Positions 39,528 to 52,299 are shown, counted from the whole stretch's first letter. The stretch: DNA of 61,920 bases, filler included, from Choristocarpus tenellus KU-1152 (GCA_964200185.2; 9 parts of 9 records of this genome joined end to end with filler, not necessarily neighbours in it), one strand, 5' to 3'. Notes: generated from the sequence alone by a model not told the origin. A program made the numbers and translations.

Positions 39528-42480
39528 NNNNNNNNNNNNNNNNNNNNNNNNNNNNNNNNNNNNNNNNNNNNTTAATTAATTAANNNNNNNNNNNNNNNNN
39601 NNNNNNNNNNNNNNNNNNNNNNNNNNNGGGGGGGAGGGGGGGAACAATAGGAAGGCGTGTTTGTTTCTCTCACCCACAGCAGAAATGACGAACTTTGATG
39701 TAGGTGTGGCCAGATAGCCCAGCACGGAGGCAGCAGGGATTATCCCCTTCATTACCGCCTGCGCAGGTATTGTCCAGAAAAACAATATATTAATGTATGC
39801 GTTCGTACATGTGTGTGTGTGTGTTTTGTCTGATTGGGTCAATATAGAGGAGTGTTCATCCAACGGATACCAAAAAAAATTGTAAGAAAAAAATGTTACA
39901 AAAATAGGTATTATGTAGATTTTTTTTTAAGTTGAATCTGATTGTGTGAGTATTGATGTTCTCGGACATTAATCGTCAGATGGCGACATTACCAGTAGCA
40001 GGTTGATGTGAATGGGGGTACAAAATGATGTCATCACTTGAAAAATAAACATAGATGAAAGTAAAAAATATATGTAGTTATGAAGATTATATACCAAGGT
40101 CATTATACTATCAGCACACTATCATAATGATATCAAAATAACAGATGTACTATGTTCATAATACTATATGCTATTTCATAATATTATAAATACTACTGTA
40201 ATAAAATATGTAATGTTCATAATGTTCTAAATGCTAGTTCTTAAGATCATTATATACTATTATGACAAAATCAAAAACATCATTGTCATAATATATATTT
40301 ATCATTACCATAATATCTAACACACTATTTTCATCACGTTTTGGGCAGTAGTTCACAAAATCATTATGTACAATTATGATAATTCACTCAAAATCTACGT
40401 TGTAATCCACCCCCCAACTGTTCACTGGGGTTGTCATCAAACAGACCCAAAATGTATCCTAACAGCATACAATAAACTCCAAACAGGATGAACTAATACA
40501 GCAACAATTACAATCGACCAATCTTTGCCACACAATACTTACACAGCACGTACCTACATATTAAAAAAAAAAATACAAAATAAAATAAGATAATTTTTAA
40601 AAAAAACACACACACACATGTCTCTTGTGACGCCCAAGACAGAAAACTGATAAGTGTTAACAAAGAGCAAAATCTAAAAACTTGAAGGTCAAACCCGTAC
40701 ATCTAAATCAATACACGCAGTAGTAGTACTAAATAAAAAAAAAGAAATAATTGAAAATAAAAAAATCAGAAAAAATTATTTCATATGTTTGAATAAAAAT
40801 AAACCCGCTGCTGGTACAGTAAGTGCTTTCAATGATTGTCCTCGCTAACATTTACTACCCCTATTACCACTCTTAAACTAAATTCAAGTCATTGTGACAC
40901 CCAGAACAGCAGCCCAGCCCCTCCCACCACACAAAAAGAAAATATAAATTAAAACAAAATATATTAAAATGCACACACATAAACCAAAAAAAAATAGTAT
41001 AAAATACACTTTAAATAATTCATCTATTCCATTGAGGGTTTAGAGTCGACAACGCGAAGTGCATACGCTGATTCCTGATTGGTGAACGATACGATATAAT
41101 CCTGATTGGTTTGTGTACTTATCTATCTTTTTAAAATGTCATAATATCATCATCAACATAATATTAATATTAATAATAATAATAATAATAATATTACCTT
41201 TGTACTAAAGATATTGTTCTTAAACCGAGATATATTTTGATCATAAGAAATACACTTGTACAATAAAGGTCTAATAATACTTCAATTGTAATGTAGATAT
41301 TCCATCTGTCATCCATTCCTACCAAGAATGTTTGATACACATACAATGATAAGGTTGAACAGATGCCCAGGTATATGCTAACATAAAGCTACCCACAGTC
41401 ACGTATGACGACCCTGATGCTAACCCTAACACTAAATTCAACAAGAATTTCACTCAACTATACAAACATTACATGGTACTATAAAATGAAAAAATAGTAA
41501 AATATTTTTGATATTTTTGTACTTGTAAAAAGAAAGAGCCGCCACATCAATGTTGAAGTTAGACGTGCAGAAACAAAGAAAAAAATAAAAAAACGAACAG
41601 AAAAAAATAAAAATAAAACTTGTTGGTGCTAGCTACACGAGATCTTCTGCTGTGCCGGCAAGAAATCTATCCCCTCCCCTATGTATATCTCCGAAAAATA
41701 ACCTGTTCCAAGATATAGTCCTTTGGGCGACAGAATGTACAGAGAGCGCTACAATTTTAAAAACAGTGACAACAGCAAAGAATAATATGTAACAGTAACA
41801 AAGAAAAATAAGAATTTTTTTTTTTAAATCTATGCACCTTCTCAACCCACCAACCTCAAACTTCCTGCTTCCCAACCCAAACCCTTCAAAACACCCAGCA
41901 TACATACATACATACAAACATACATACACACACCTTCCACACATCTCAAGAACCCTCCTAACTTACACCCACAAACTCATGCACACTTCAAAACACACAC
42001 ACCCCATGCAGCACAACACGATCCCATCATTCTACACCATCAACATCAAAAAGGCACCACCCTCAAACAACCCGATCCTCCACCCGTCTCACTAATCTAC
42101 TCAGACGCAATGCTATCAGTATTTTCCCCTGCACCTCCTCAGGTAACAAAATACGCCATTTACCAAAACCATACACTAAAAACAGCTCTCCCCAGTCGAC
42201 AACGAGACCCTCCCTAGTTAGGAGCACCTCAGGCATCGATCACCCCCTCGTAAGGCAAATAAAACCGTTGACGCCTTCAGTCGCAATACGAAAACTCTTC
42301 ATGACTGCACAAGAAACGCCATCCCCTCATTGCTCTCGCGTAAACACACCTGCCAACCCTCCCACCCCCCCCCACCTCCCNNNNNNNNNNNNNNNNNNNN
42401 NNNNNNNNNNNNNNNNNNNNNNNNTTAATTAATTAANNNNNNNNNNNNNNNNNNNNNNNNNNNNNNNNNNNNNNNNNNNN

Positions 42481-44725
42481 CTTCCGTCTCGCCTTGATCA
42501 TCATTCACACAGTTCGCATTCAGGGGTGCATATACCGTGACAGATTCACTATTCAGAGGGGGGGGGGGAGGGAGGAGGGACGTATCTTCCCACATGACCC
42601 GCAATCTTTCCAAATGCTTCAACGCTGAAGGGTTTTCAGGCTCGAATGACAGGGCTCGCTCGAAGTGAAGCTCGGCAAGCATTGGATTTCCCATAGCCTG
42701 GAAGGCTTCTCCTCGGGCTACCCAAGCAGGAACGTGCTGCGCGTCCTGTTTTTTGGGTGGAAAAAAGAAGAAGCACAGTAGCTGTCGATGATGAATGTGA
42801 TCGTGAACTGCTTTCAGAGAAATTGTTGAGCCATAGGGCTAGTGTTGGGGTAAAGGAGAGAGTGGGGTGGTGGTGGTGGTACCGAGGAGGAGATCTGTGT
42901 TTAGTGTGTTGTGTTGTGTTGTGAAAAACTTATTAGTTGTTCGAAATTGGGTCTCTTTCTTGTTTTCCTTTCAGTTGCATGGGGGGGGAGAGGAGAGTGG
43001 GATTGGATATTTCTGGACTGAGGTCTCGAATAAATTGGCTTGTTGGGTCTAAGGAGAGCCACAAGACACATCTTGTCTATAAACAGGCAAAGACTTGCTC
43101 CAGTACCCCAGAAGGGTTGACCCAATGGTCCGTACCCTGAAGTATTACCATGTAGTATCACCAATGTAATTGGCATGACTCTAATGTATCAAAGGATTAG
43201 GTAAGGGTTTTCTCACCTCAAAGAGTAGGTCTCGAAGAGTTTCTGTTGCCTCAGCAATCCTGCTTGCACCTAGAAAGCAAGCTGCTTCGGTCATTGCACA
43301 ATCCTTCTTCACAGTTTGCACAACATTCAAGACCTCCCCACCATCCGCCCGCCCCTTCCATTTCTCATCAGGTGGGTCAGCGGGTACAGCCTGACATCCA
43401 TTGTCACCTGCATGACATCTGGGGTGGTGTTGTCGCCCTGGGTCTTGCCAAGTTTTATCGTGGTGTCCATGACTGTGGCAGGGAGCAGATCCTGGACACG
43501 GGGGTTTAGGATGATCTGGCAAAGACTGAGACTTCAGCTCTTCCACCTTAGTGTTATTCTCCTTGAGTACCTCCTGCACTGCTCTTAGACTTTTCAGCCC
43601 TGCCTGGGCACTTTGAGACCCTGATTCAGTAGTGGCGCAAAGGCTCAGGTGAGAGGGAGTGACATCCGTAAAGGGCAGGTTTCATTGCACATCAGAGATA
43701 CTTTACAATGAGCAGAAAATATTTTTTCAACGCTAACATAGTTATGCGCAGATAGTAGAGAGATTTGGTACTACCTGTAAAGCACAATTTTTTGCTATGC
43801 ACAACAACTTATTTTGCTCTTGCTTCTAGACATTGCCACTGGTATCTTCGACCTTCCAGTTTCCAGTTTCTCTCACCACGGGAATAGTCTTGGACTTCCA
43901 GAAAAGAAGTTGCCTCATTGCGAAGTGAGATGCCTTCTCTCAAACCCAGTACCACCTTTCCAGCTTTATCTGCATCTTGCTGAAGGCGAGAGACTTTTCC
44001 AGTTCCCTCGATTTTCTGGCATTGATCCCCCTCGGTTACTGGGGAGTCCCGGGCAGGCTTTCGTCTTCGGCCACCGCCGGTCTGTTGCCTTGTCTTGAGA
44101 GCCTCTACAGATGCCTGTTCCAAGTACCGGGGTGGGTCTGATAAGAGTTGCTCATAAATTGCTCGAGTGGAACATTTGGTTCAGTTCCATCGACTCTGCA
44201 CCTTGCTATTGCAATCCTATACCTTTCGCCCTCAAGGGAGTTCGGTCTTGTAATCTAAGACAGTGTGGTCGAGAACTAGGTTGATCCACGCCCCGATGAC
44301 TTATCACATCGATGCACTCTTATTCGCATACATGGAATGACCTAAAGCAAGATGTGTAGACAAAGGAGGTCTATAAAATCACACCAAATAGACGTTCGAA
44401 TGTTGTATCTAACGGCACCCACCTTGGACTTGAGGGTGTCTGCATGGCATTGAGCCTCCCTGACTGCTCGCTCTTCTGATGCAACTTTAGCACGCTTAGA
44501 TTCCTCGATCTTACCCTGCAACCATACAACACCAGGGCATTCTTTGAAATGAGGCTTTGTAGACTAGACAAGGTCCGTCTCAGTTCCCAGGAAAGTTGTG
44601 TCCACATATATTGTGGGAGGTTCCAACATGAGTTCATAAACTTGGCATCATTCCGCTACCTTCTTTTCCAGTTCTTCCTCTGCGGCGTCCGCGTCGAACC
44701 TATCCCACTTGGTGAAATCTGCCAT
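42481..44725 (-). CDS. TPR-repeat protein, 3'-partial; complement(join(<42481..42745,43217..43620,43877..44114,44423..44515,44660..44725))
   Basis: ATG at 44725 gives MADFTKWDRFDADAAEEELEKK. Five exons are phase-consistent. The last exon encodes a clear TPR (HVPAWVARGEAFQAMGNPMLAELHFERALSFEPENPSAL). The gene is cut by the contig end. Confidence 0.8.
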
Positions 44726-45067
44726 GTTTATTCCATCTTCACCTCCATTCCCCTTTCACTTCCCTCCACTTTCTTGTTGACGATTGTTGAAGTTGAAACT
44801 GCCAGAAACAAGAAGATATTATGCGATGGATCAAACAAACAATTCTAAATCAACCCATCAATCAAGTAGAGGACCACCCAAAGGTCTGACAACACAACAC
44901 AACATTCTGTAGGACACCAATATAAATGCAGTGGTACACTATAACTCCAATAGTTTTGGCGTTAAAGATGTTGGTATAATAGAGAGGGATTTACATAAGG
45001 AAGAGACCGGGAACGCGCACAGTCCACAGAGGCGATACGGGAGAATTTAGCGACGCATGATCTCTCC
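44726..45067. promoter_or_regulatory. Candidate bidirectional promoter region
   Basis: About 340 bp lie between the divergent ATGs of the TPR gene (44725, -) and the ORF at 45068 (+). A TATAAAT is present near 44921. The evidence is positional only. Confidence 0.35.
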
Positions 45068-45415
45068 ATGGAGGGTTCTGTCTACTCCTGGGAGGGATCG
45101 GATGAGTCCGGAGAATGGGGCACGCCTTTCATGAGCAGCGTGAGCGGAGAGGGCTCCTTACATTTCCCTAGGCACGTTAAACGCCAAAGCCTCGGGTTGT
45201 TGAGGGGATTGAAGGGACCAATCTCCACCAGTGGGGGGCGTAAGCTTGGTCTTCATCGCTTGGGGATGGAGGAATCTGCGACAGCATTGGACAAGGGATC
45301 GCTGTGCATATCCCCGTTGCGAATTAGCCCACTCAGTCCCGAGTCCAGTCTGAGGTGTGAACCCCTCTGCAATGGTCCATTTTATCACCCCACATCATCC
45401 CCTATAACCACGTTG
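45068..45415 (+). CDS. Probable first exon of an unknown Ser/Pro-rich protein, divergent from the TPR gene
   Basis: ATG-initiated 116-codon GC-richer ORF (MEGSVYSWEGSDESGEWGTPF...), with a candidate donor GTATCT at 45416. No recognisable domain and no downstream exons identified. Confidence 0.45.
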
Positions 45416-46750
45416 GTATCTCCATGAATTGAGGATTTTGCATGTCTTGATCAAGACGCCCCGTTATGTTGAGGAACTACTGGGAACTAAAACATTTATT
45501 TGCACCCCAGCTGACTAAATATTAATTTGCCATTTGATTTTGCGTAATGCCTAGAGCGGACCCTTCTCTCACCACCAACCTATTTTTCTTCCATTGATTC
45601 TGTAGTGAGATGGAGATGTAGAGCTAAAGGTATACATGATGTACCAATGTATGCCTTAAGTAGGCAAGACTGGCAGCAGAATAGAGGCTTGAATTAGCCT
45701 CACTAAGAATAAAAATGCTGACTGAGGTCGAACGGAATGAGCTCGTCAAGTTTATCGTGGTGGGGCTTCAAACTCATGTTTCTACATCGAACAAATCTTC
45801 AACCTCCCCACACGTTCATCCTAAACTGGTGATGACAATAAATGCCATCATTGTAACTTGTATTCCATCCAGGCTTACAAGCTATAATTCTGTTCAGATA
45901 GAGTTGCAATTATATCTCAATTTTTTTTTCATTAACCTTGCCTCTGTCGGAAAATGTTTTTGAAGGGCTATTTTTTCCTCAGTGACTGAGAAAACATTTG
46001 ATCGCCTTTCAATGCCAACTCAAGCATTCGAACTGAATGCCTCTATGGGGTACTCATAAAAATAAAAATAAAAATAAAAATAAAAATAAAAATAAATGCT
46101 GTATACTGCACCTCTGCTGTGACATCCACCCTATATTTGGTTAGATGAAATAATAATATATCGCAAGATCTCTTTAATACGCTGGTGTTTGCATTTATCA
46201 CAAGATTGATGCACTCTGTACCTAGCCCATATTTGCCGTTTGACTTTGCTTTCACAAGCAATGTGAATATCGCGATTACTTTCATATAAACCATGTGTTA
46301 TCAGGGAAGATCTCAGGGTTTATGAGGGCAGGCAAATGTGAAGGGATGAGAGTCGGAACAGAAACTGACTGCTGAGACGCTAAGAGGATGTATATCTAAC
46401 TCTTTTGCTCCAATGTGTACATGGTATAAATGGGGACATGTTTTGACCGGGCCCAGCCTAACCCATCTTCACTGGGCTGGATATGCAACGAATAATTCTT
46501 ATTTTCCATACAACTGTCAACTATTTCAATATGGTTGAGCCACAGGGCGATCTGAAACCAATATGTTCTACCAGGGTCGGTCCATGGTCGTACTCAACTT
46601 TCACCATGGCCGGGATGCAGCCCTGCCATGTACCAATGCATTACTACTGGGCGGGCCTGTGGCAGTCAACGTTTTCAGTATGGTTGGGCTGGTGTGGCCC
46701 AGCCTGCCTCCATGTTATTTGCTTGGCTGGTAGAAAGGCCATGGAAGATT

Positions 46751-47011
46751 CAGTGAAAGTATCTTAGAGGGTACGAGTTTTGCCCTGTTTGTCTGTTTGG
46801 GACTTGGCTTCCCACGGGTTCTTTTATGACATTTTTTTACTCCAGAATGTTTAGGAGTAGGTAAAATGTGTATGTTATGAAATGGTGAGCCCGGAACATG
46901 GATAGTGACACTTCCTAACAAACATGATAGCCAAAATTACATCAAAATCCCAACATTGGATTTTTTGATGCCCAAATGGACGCAGCTTTACACTCTAAGA
47001 TACTTTGAGAA
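46751..47011 (-). mobile_element. MITE-like family A, full copy
   Basis: CAGTGAAAGTATCTTAGAGGGTACG ... CACTCTAAGATACTTTGAGA; the reverse complement of the family A consensus. Confidence 0.85.
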
Positions 47012-47317
47012 ATTCCAGACGATTAATTCATTTCTATCTAGGCGCAACATTATTTTCGGAAGGTTGTTAGATGCTATGGTTGCACCTCATCATGTGCTTT
47101 GTCAACACCAGTGCTAAGTGTCCTCTGTTCATGTTTCTTGGATCAACAAACTTCCAACTACTGGAGGGCATCATTGGATGCCCTCGGTTCAAGCCGTACT
47201 GTAGACCATTGTTTCAACCTTCCTCTTGAATATGGGTTAGGGTTACGGAAATGGAGCATCAAAGCCCTGTACTGTAGAGGCATTACAACCTAGGTGGAGA
47301 ATTCATAGTTGGACAAA

Positions 47318-47417
47318 GACCCAAAGTATCTGGGGGGGGGGGAGGGGTCTACAAAAGGGTGCCCATTTGGACCATAACCAGGAAAAGTGCACTTGCATTC
47401 TCCATCCCACGTATGCA
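47318..47417 (-). mobile_element. Family B right half at contig end
   Basis: GACCCAAAGTATCT-Gn-TCTACA..AGGGTG.CCAT..GG.CCATAACCAGGAAAAGTGCACTT is the reverse complement of 50130-50220. Confidence 0.75.
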
Positions 47418-47904
47418 NNNNNNNNNNNNNNNNNNNNNNNNNNNNNNNNNNNNNNNNNNNNTTAATTAATTAANNNNNNNNNNNNNNNNNNNNNNNNNNN
47501 NNNNNNNNNNNNNNNNNAGGGCAGAGAGGGAGGGGTGGGGGGGGGGGGGGGGGGGGGGGGGTGGGGGTCGTGGGGAGGGGGGAGGAAGTTAACTACTACA
47601 TGGTGTTCAAACGACCCTCACAGGTATCTTTCCCTCTTGAAAGAATATATCTTTTCTCACGCATCCCTAACCTTAGCTTATTCGCCACGAGGGTGAGTAC
47701 CCACCGCAATAAACAACAATAAACAACAATAAACAACCCTTGGTCTCTTTTATCTCTGTAAGAAAGGAAAAGTTCCGGAGGGTAGGCGCCCCCCTGATGG
47801 AAGCCTATAAAATCATTTTTTGTGTATATATGGCAGAAAAGTGTAAAAATGCGGCATAAGTCTGTATCGTATATGTTATAAGGGCTACAGGCAGTGCTTT
47901 TCGT

Positions 47905-48091
47905 TCAGACACTACCTAGCCGATCTAATTTTGTCACAAGAATTACATCACCTGTTTCCACTCTATCTAATAACTTTTGCAGACCTTCTCTTTTTGTATT
48001 ATTTCCAGTGCTTTTATCAGAGAGTATCCTGAACTCTTTGACACCTAACATTTATCAGCTTTTGTTTTTGTATTTCCAGCGACTGTTCTGA
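47905..48091 (-). pseudogene. tnpR: Fragment of a bacterial-type serine recombinase (Tn3/gamma-delta resolvase catalytic domain)
   Basis: The reverse strand reads [15 protein letters not shown], then a +1 frameshift near 48046, then [46 protein letters not shown]. This is colinear with gamma-delta resolvase ([60 protein letters not shown], from memory). The GYARVS start and the C-terminal HTH are absent. Confidence 0.88.
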
Positions 48092-48358
48092 CTCAAGTAG
48101 TTCTTAGAATTTGTCATAATTTATTTGAAGATTTATTAAAACCTCTCAAATACAATTTTTATTTACTAAATATGCTAGCCACATGTTGTAAGACAGAATA
48201 TATCATGTACATAGCAGACGAAAATAAAGATATATTATTAAACTATATCGCGTACGTATGTAGTATTCCTTTCCCTTCGACGGTTTCACTCACTTGCTGT
48301 GTGTGAGGGAGATGCATATCTTTCTTCTCTTGAAACACAGCCCAAGAAAAATTTCGCC

Positions 48359-48936
48359 ATGCAGTTCACTCCCCAGCAGCTAGCCGGGGCACAGCGATAC
48401 GGATCGAAGACTCGCATTGGCAACTGGTACCTCACCCATACACTTGAAACTCCTTGTACTACTGTGGGTCAGTCACATGCAGTGGGGTGCAAATTGCTGC
48501 GATTGAGTCAATATTAGTAGATGACAGGACTAATCCCTGGGTCATTGGATTCACCCATACGACTGGTGCTAGGGCCTGTTGGCATGTATTTCAATCGGAT
48601 CTCCTTTAACCTTCCTGTCAATCTCCTGAAATGTGCCAATGTACTAGCAAACATGTGAGTTTCCTATTCGAAATATACGGTATCACCCCTTACGTCGAGT
48701 TCATCCCCAGGGTTTGACATAGGTTTGGCATAGGTCCCATGACATAGGTCCCGTCAACGACTTAATTGATCACTTTGTCAGACCGTATTTCTAAGCTGCA
48801 GAAATATATGCACACAAAAAGGTACGAGGATGAGCGTCTGGCTGAGTCTCAGTTCCAAGCCTTCACCCACAAGAAGAGTCACAACATGCTCGGAGCGGAC
48901 ATTCGCCGCAAGAAGATGACAATTTGCCTGCAAAAA
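48359..48936 (+). CDS. CFAP161: CFAP161-like flagellar protein, first two exons; join(48359..48426,48822..48936,>)
   Basis: The spliced product is MQFTPQQLAGAQRYGSKTRIGNWYEDERLAESQFQAFTHKKSHNMLGADIRRKKMTICLQK. The Y...RIGNW.E(D/E)..L.E motif followed by F..K is the CFAP161 (C15orf26) N-terminus. The TG|G splice restores the conserved Trp. Confidence 0.78.
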
Positions 48937-50044
48937 GTGAGATATGCTACCCGGCTTAACCAAAATAGAAAGCAGTATAGCAGAGCTTCGTCGTTAAGCT
49001 CACTATCTTGCTTTTATAGTGTGCACCACAGAGTAAGATACGTGTCAATTGTGCAGCATGGGATGATCCCACACAAGATAAAGAAGACGAAAGATGGTTA
49101 GCCCATACCCCGCATGGAATTGGGTACATCATCTCCAAAGTGTGTGTTCACAAAATCATATATTGACACAAAACAAGTCAATAAAGTAGGGTGAAGGAGT
49201 TAAAGGTGGAAAATGAAGGATCAGTATTTTGATTTTGAATCAGATATGGATGTCGAGTTCAACATAGATGAAGGAACGTACCTCCGTGTAGTACCTACCT
49301 TGTGAAGTAACTGATGCGGGTTTAAAGGGTTAAATGTTTGGGTAGGCTTCTTGAAGTTATTTGCCAATTTGATGGAGTGAATTTATGTTGCATTACCAAG
49401 ATTGTTGTGTGGTCTTCGTCCTCGCATATGTTGTTGATGAAGGGTCTTTGAACTCCATGATCCTGTGAAGTTAGTTGTAGAGTGTACAGGTGTATTGTAG
49501 TAAGTAGAAACGACACTTCAGAAGTCAGTCATTCAACACATGAATAATGTTTTCACCTGATATATAAGCAGGGGAGACGTCTGGCTTTAATTAAGTTGTT
49601 GCCAAGGAAAGACATAAACGCCATGCTTTACAGGAGCACAAAGAATAGCCCATCAACAGCAAGAGGTCTGACTGTGAAAACTAAATGATAACCTCACCTC
49701 ATCTGGGTAAATGAGGTTTGACCTTTTGTTGGACTGTGTTATTTTATGTATTATTGCACAACCGCCTCATAAGTTGAAAAATGAGACAAATTTTCCGATC
49801 AGATAAGCCACTTGATACCAAACACCTCCGCCACAATCTTCCTTCCCCGCCACCGCAACAACCTCTGAGGTGGGACTGTCTTATTTGGAGGACAGGACAG
49901 TGTGCTTTGGTGCAGTGGTGGCATTTAAGAGCGCCCAGGTGGGCACAACCAAGAACTTTTACCTTGCTTGATTTCTATTCTCGCACATGCTCCCCCAATG
50001 CCCCACTTCATCAGTAAGGCTGAGGGGGTACGGATGAGCAAATT

Positions 50045-50227
50045 GGGCTTGAAGTATCTGGGGGGGGGGTGGCAGCTGTCCATTTGGGGCCATTTTTTTC
50101 ATGTCGCGATGTTTTGATGATTTGGTTGCATTCGTCGGATTGGTAATGTAAGTGCACTTTTCCTGGTTATGGCCAATATGGACACCCTGATGTAGAACCC
50201 CCCCCCCCCCCCCCCCCCCACATTTCG
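50045..50227 (+). mobile_element. MITE-like family B (~180 bp; AAAGTATCT + poly-G termini), the only near-complete copy
   Basis: Runs GAAGTATCT-G10-TGGCAGCTGTCCATTTGGGGCC...AAGTGCACTTTTCCTGGTTATGGCC...TGTAGAA-C(>20). Its two halves match the partial copies at 39422 (left) and 47318/61858/35297 (right, reverse complement). Confidence 0.75.
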
Positions 50228-51782
50228 TATATTCTTTTTCCAAAAACCCCCTCCCACCCCTCTTTTTTTTTTCTTTTCTTTTNNNNNNNNNNNNNNNNNN
50301 NNNNNNNNNNNNNNNNNNNNNNNNNNTTAATTAATTAANNNNNNNNNNNNNNNNNNNNNNNNNNNNNNNNNNNNNNNNNNNNCATGGATTTTTGAAACGT
50401 CGAGAATGATAGGAGAAAAAAAAAAAAAAGCATCAGCGATGAACTTGATTCGGAGGGCACAGGATGGAAGCCACAGCACACACTTCAAAGGGAAGAATAA
50501 TAAATTGTAAATGAGCGGATGAGAGTTATAGAGACCTTTTTAACAGGAGGGGTGGGGAGGTCCGATCATATAGATCAGAGGGACATTATCCAGCAAAATG
50601 GTAGGGAAGTAGATTGCAGTAAGGGTCAATGGTAGGGTTAGGATTAGGATAGCACTCCTTCTAAACCTAAAACATGAAGAGCAGTCAACATGTAGAACGA
50701 ATACTATTGTGTAAGGCGTTCTTCCAGAGGAAAGGGGCAGGTCTGGGGGGAATGGATTTTATGTTCTGCCTTGTGTCTAACCATAGATCTTCCAATGTCA
50801 AGCGAACGAAAGCTTTGTTGAACTACACGTATCCTCTAGCAAAACCATGTTTGAGACCAGGCAGAGTACAGTCGACTGTGACTGCATGATATGCTGTCTA
50901 TTTAAAAGAATATTGAAAGACCTGCCCTGACGTATCTTCACGACTGGAATGGTCGCGAGAGGCTTTAGTAAGGGCAGTGCCTTGAACTTCACGCAGTGGG
51001 GATTATGCACAACCAACAAGGGTCAGGTATTACCATCATGGTAATTTGCCTATGACAAGGCTCTGATCTGCCAGAAACACCCCACAATACCAACACCCCA
51101 CAGGTCCCGACATTGAACAGAATCAGTCAGATAAGAAACGCCTTCCTGATTTTCTGGCCACATCAACAGCTCGAGGTCTAATAAATTCCGCAGTACTAGG
51201 ACGATATTGGGGGACAACTCAAATCCTTGCCTTCGCAAGGTTCTTGGGAGGCAAGCAGAGTCAAACATCATCATACGCTCTGCCATGCCTTACCCCTTTG
51301 TCTCCAAATATTGAAATCGACTTCTAGACTAACTTTGGGCCGTGCAAAGGTTTGTTGGGAACGGGCCTGGGGGTGGGTCAGTGAAGGGTGGGAGGGATGG
51401 GGAGTGGACGCGTGTGCTGATCGTGTTGGCCTGTTGGAGAATGCCACGTCCTACCCTCCCCAGTACGTCCTCGCAAAATCTAAGGATCAAGTGATGTAAC
51501 CGAGCAATGTACAGGTCACATCGTTTTGTGCTGGGGTTCCCTTTTGCCTCAAAAAAGACCCCCAACACAGGATACCGCATATCTGAATGCCACCAAGGAA
51601 TGGAGCGACTAACTCGAATGCAATATAAATTGTGGGACTCCAAGAAAGAATCGATCTCAAATAGTGAGCATGGCGGTAGCGGCAATCATTCAACAAACGT
51701 GCGTGGTCGATCCTACTCTAAAGCTGTTATCAGCTTCCCTTTCCTCGGCATTCGCCAGTCGGCACTTTTCCAGACATCTCAC

Positions 51783-52299
51783 CAGCAAGGCAAGTTGGCC
51801 AAGAGTCATCCTTTTTCCTGAAGCTGTTCAGCCACTCCGTAGCTCTCAGGCGCTCCCTACCATGGCCGCCAAGCATGACTACTAAGGCCTGTTTGAAGTA
51901 TCGGCCATACAAAACTTTAGACTTTCGGAGCTACATGGCGTCAAAGAGGGTTAAGTCAGGTTAAACAGGTATGCAAAATTTGGAACCTCTATCGGGATTC
52001 ACAAGAAAACTTCGATGACTGAATTGAATAGCAAGCTAAGTTCCTAATCTCCCTGCATTGTGCATCAGCCGTGGAAGTATCAGGGATACCACGTAGGGGG
52101 TATCCTGTCAATAATGAGTAGAGTTTGTCCATTGTCGCACTAACTTAACATCACACCAAATGTGAAGGTATACCAACTCTCTTACCCTCTGAAATGTCTG
52201 GACGTCCATGGCAATCGCCTCAGCAGTCGACACACCTCCTGAGCCAACCTGAAGCCCTGCCCCTCCCAACTGCTGGGAGATATTATTCATCGTGGCCAT
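51783..52299 (-). CDS. Probable first exons of an importin-beta/transportin-SR-like protein; complement(join(51783..51888,52186..52299))
   Basis: The phase-0 join gives MATMNNISQQ...MDVQTFQR/ALVVMLGGHGRERLRATEWLNSFRKKDDSWPTCLA. This resembles the IBN_N start (A+..+.....ER..A..WL..F......W..C). Donors are GTAAG and GTGAG. A possible phase-1 next exon lies near 51140-51194 (VLRNLLDLELL). Confidence 0.45.

Noticed and set aside
36374-48936. Apparent flagellar gene cluster (CFAP47, TPR, CFAP161)
   Set aside because: They are on three separate contigs; the adjacency is an artefact of concatenation.
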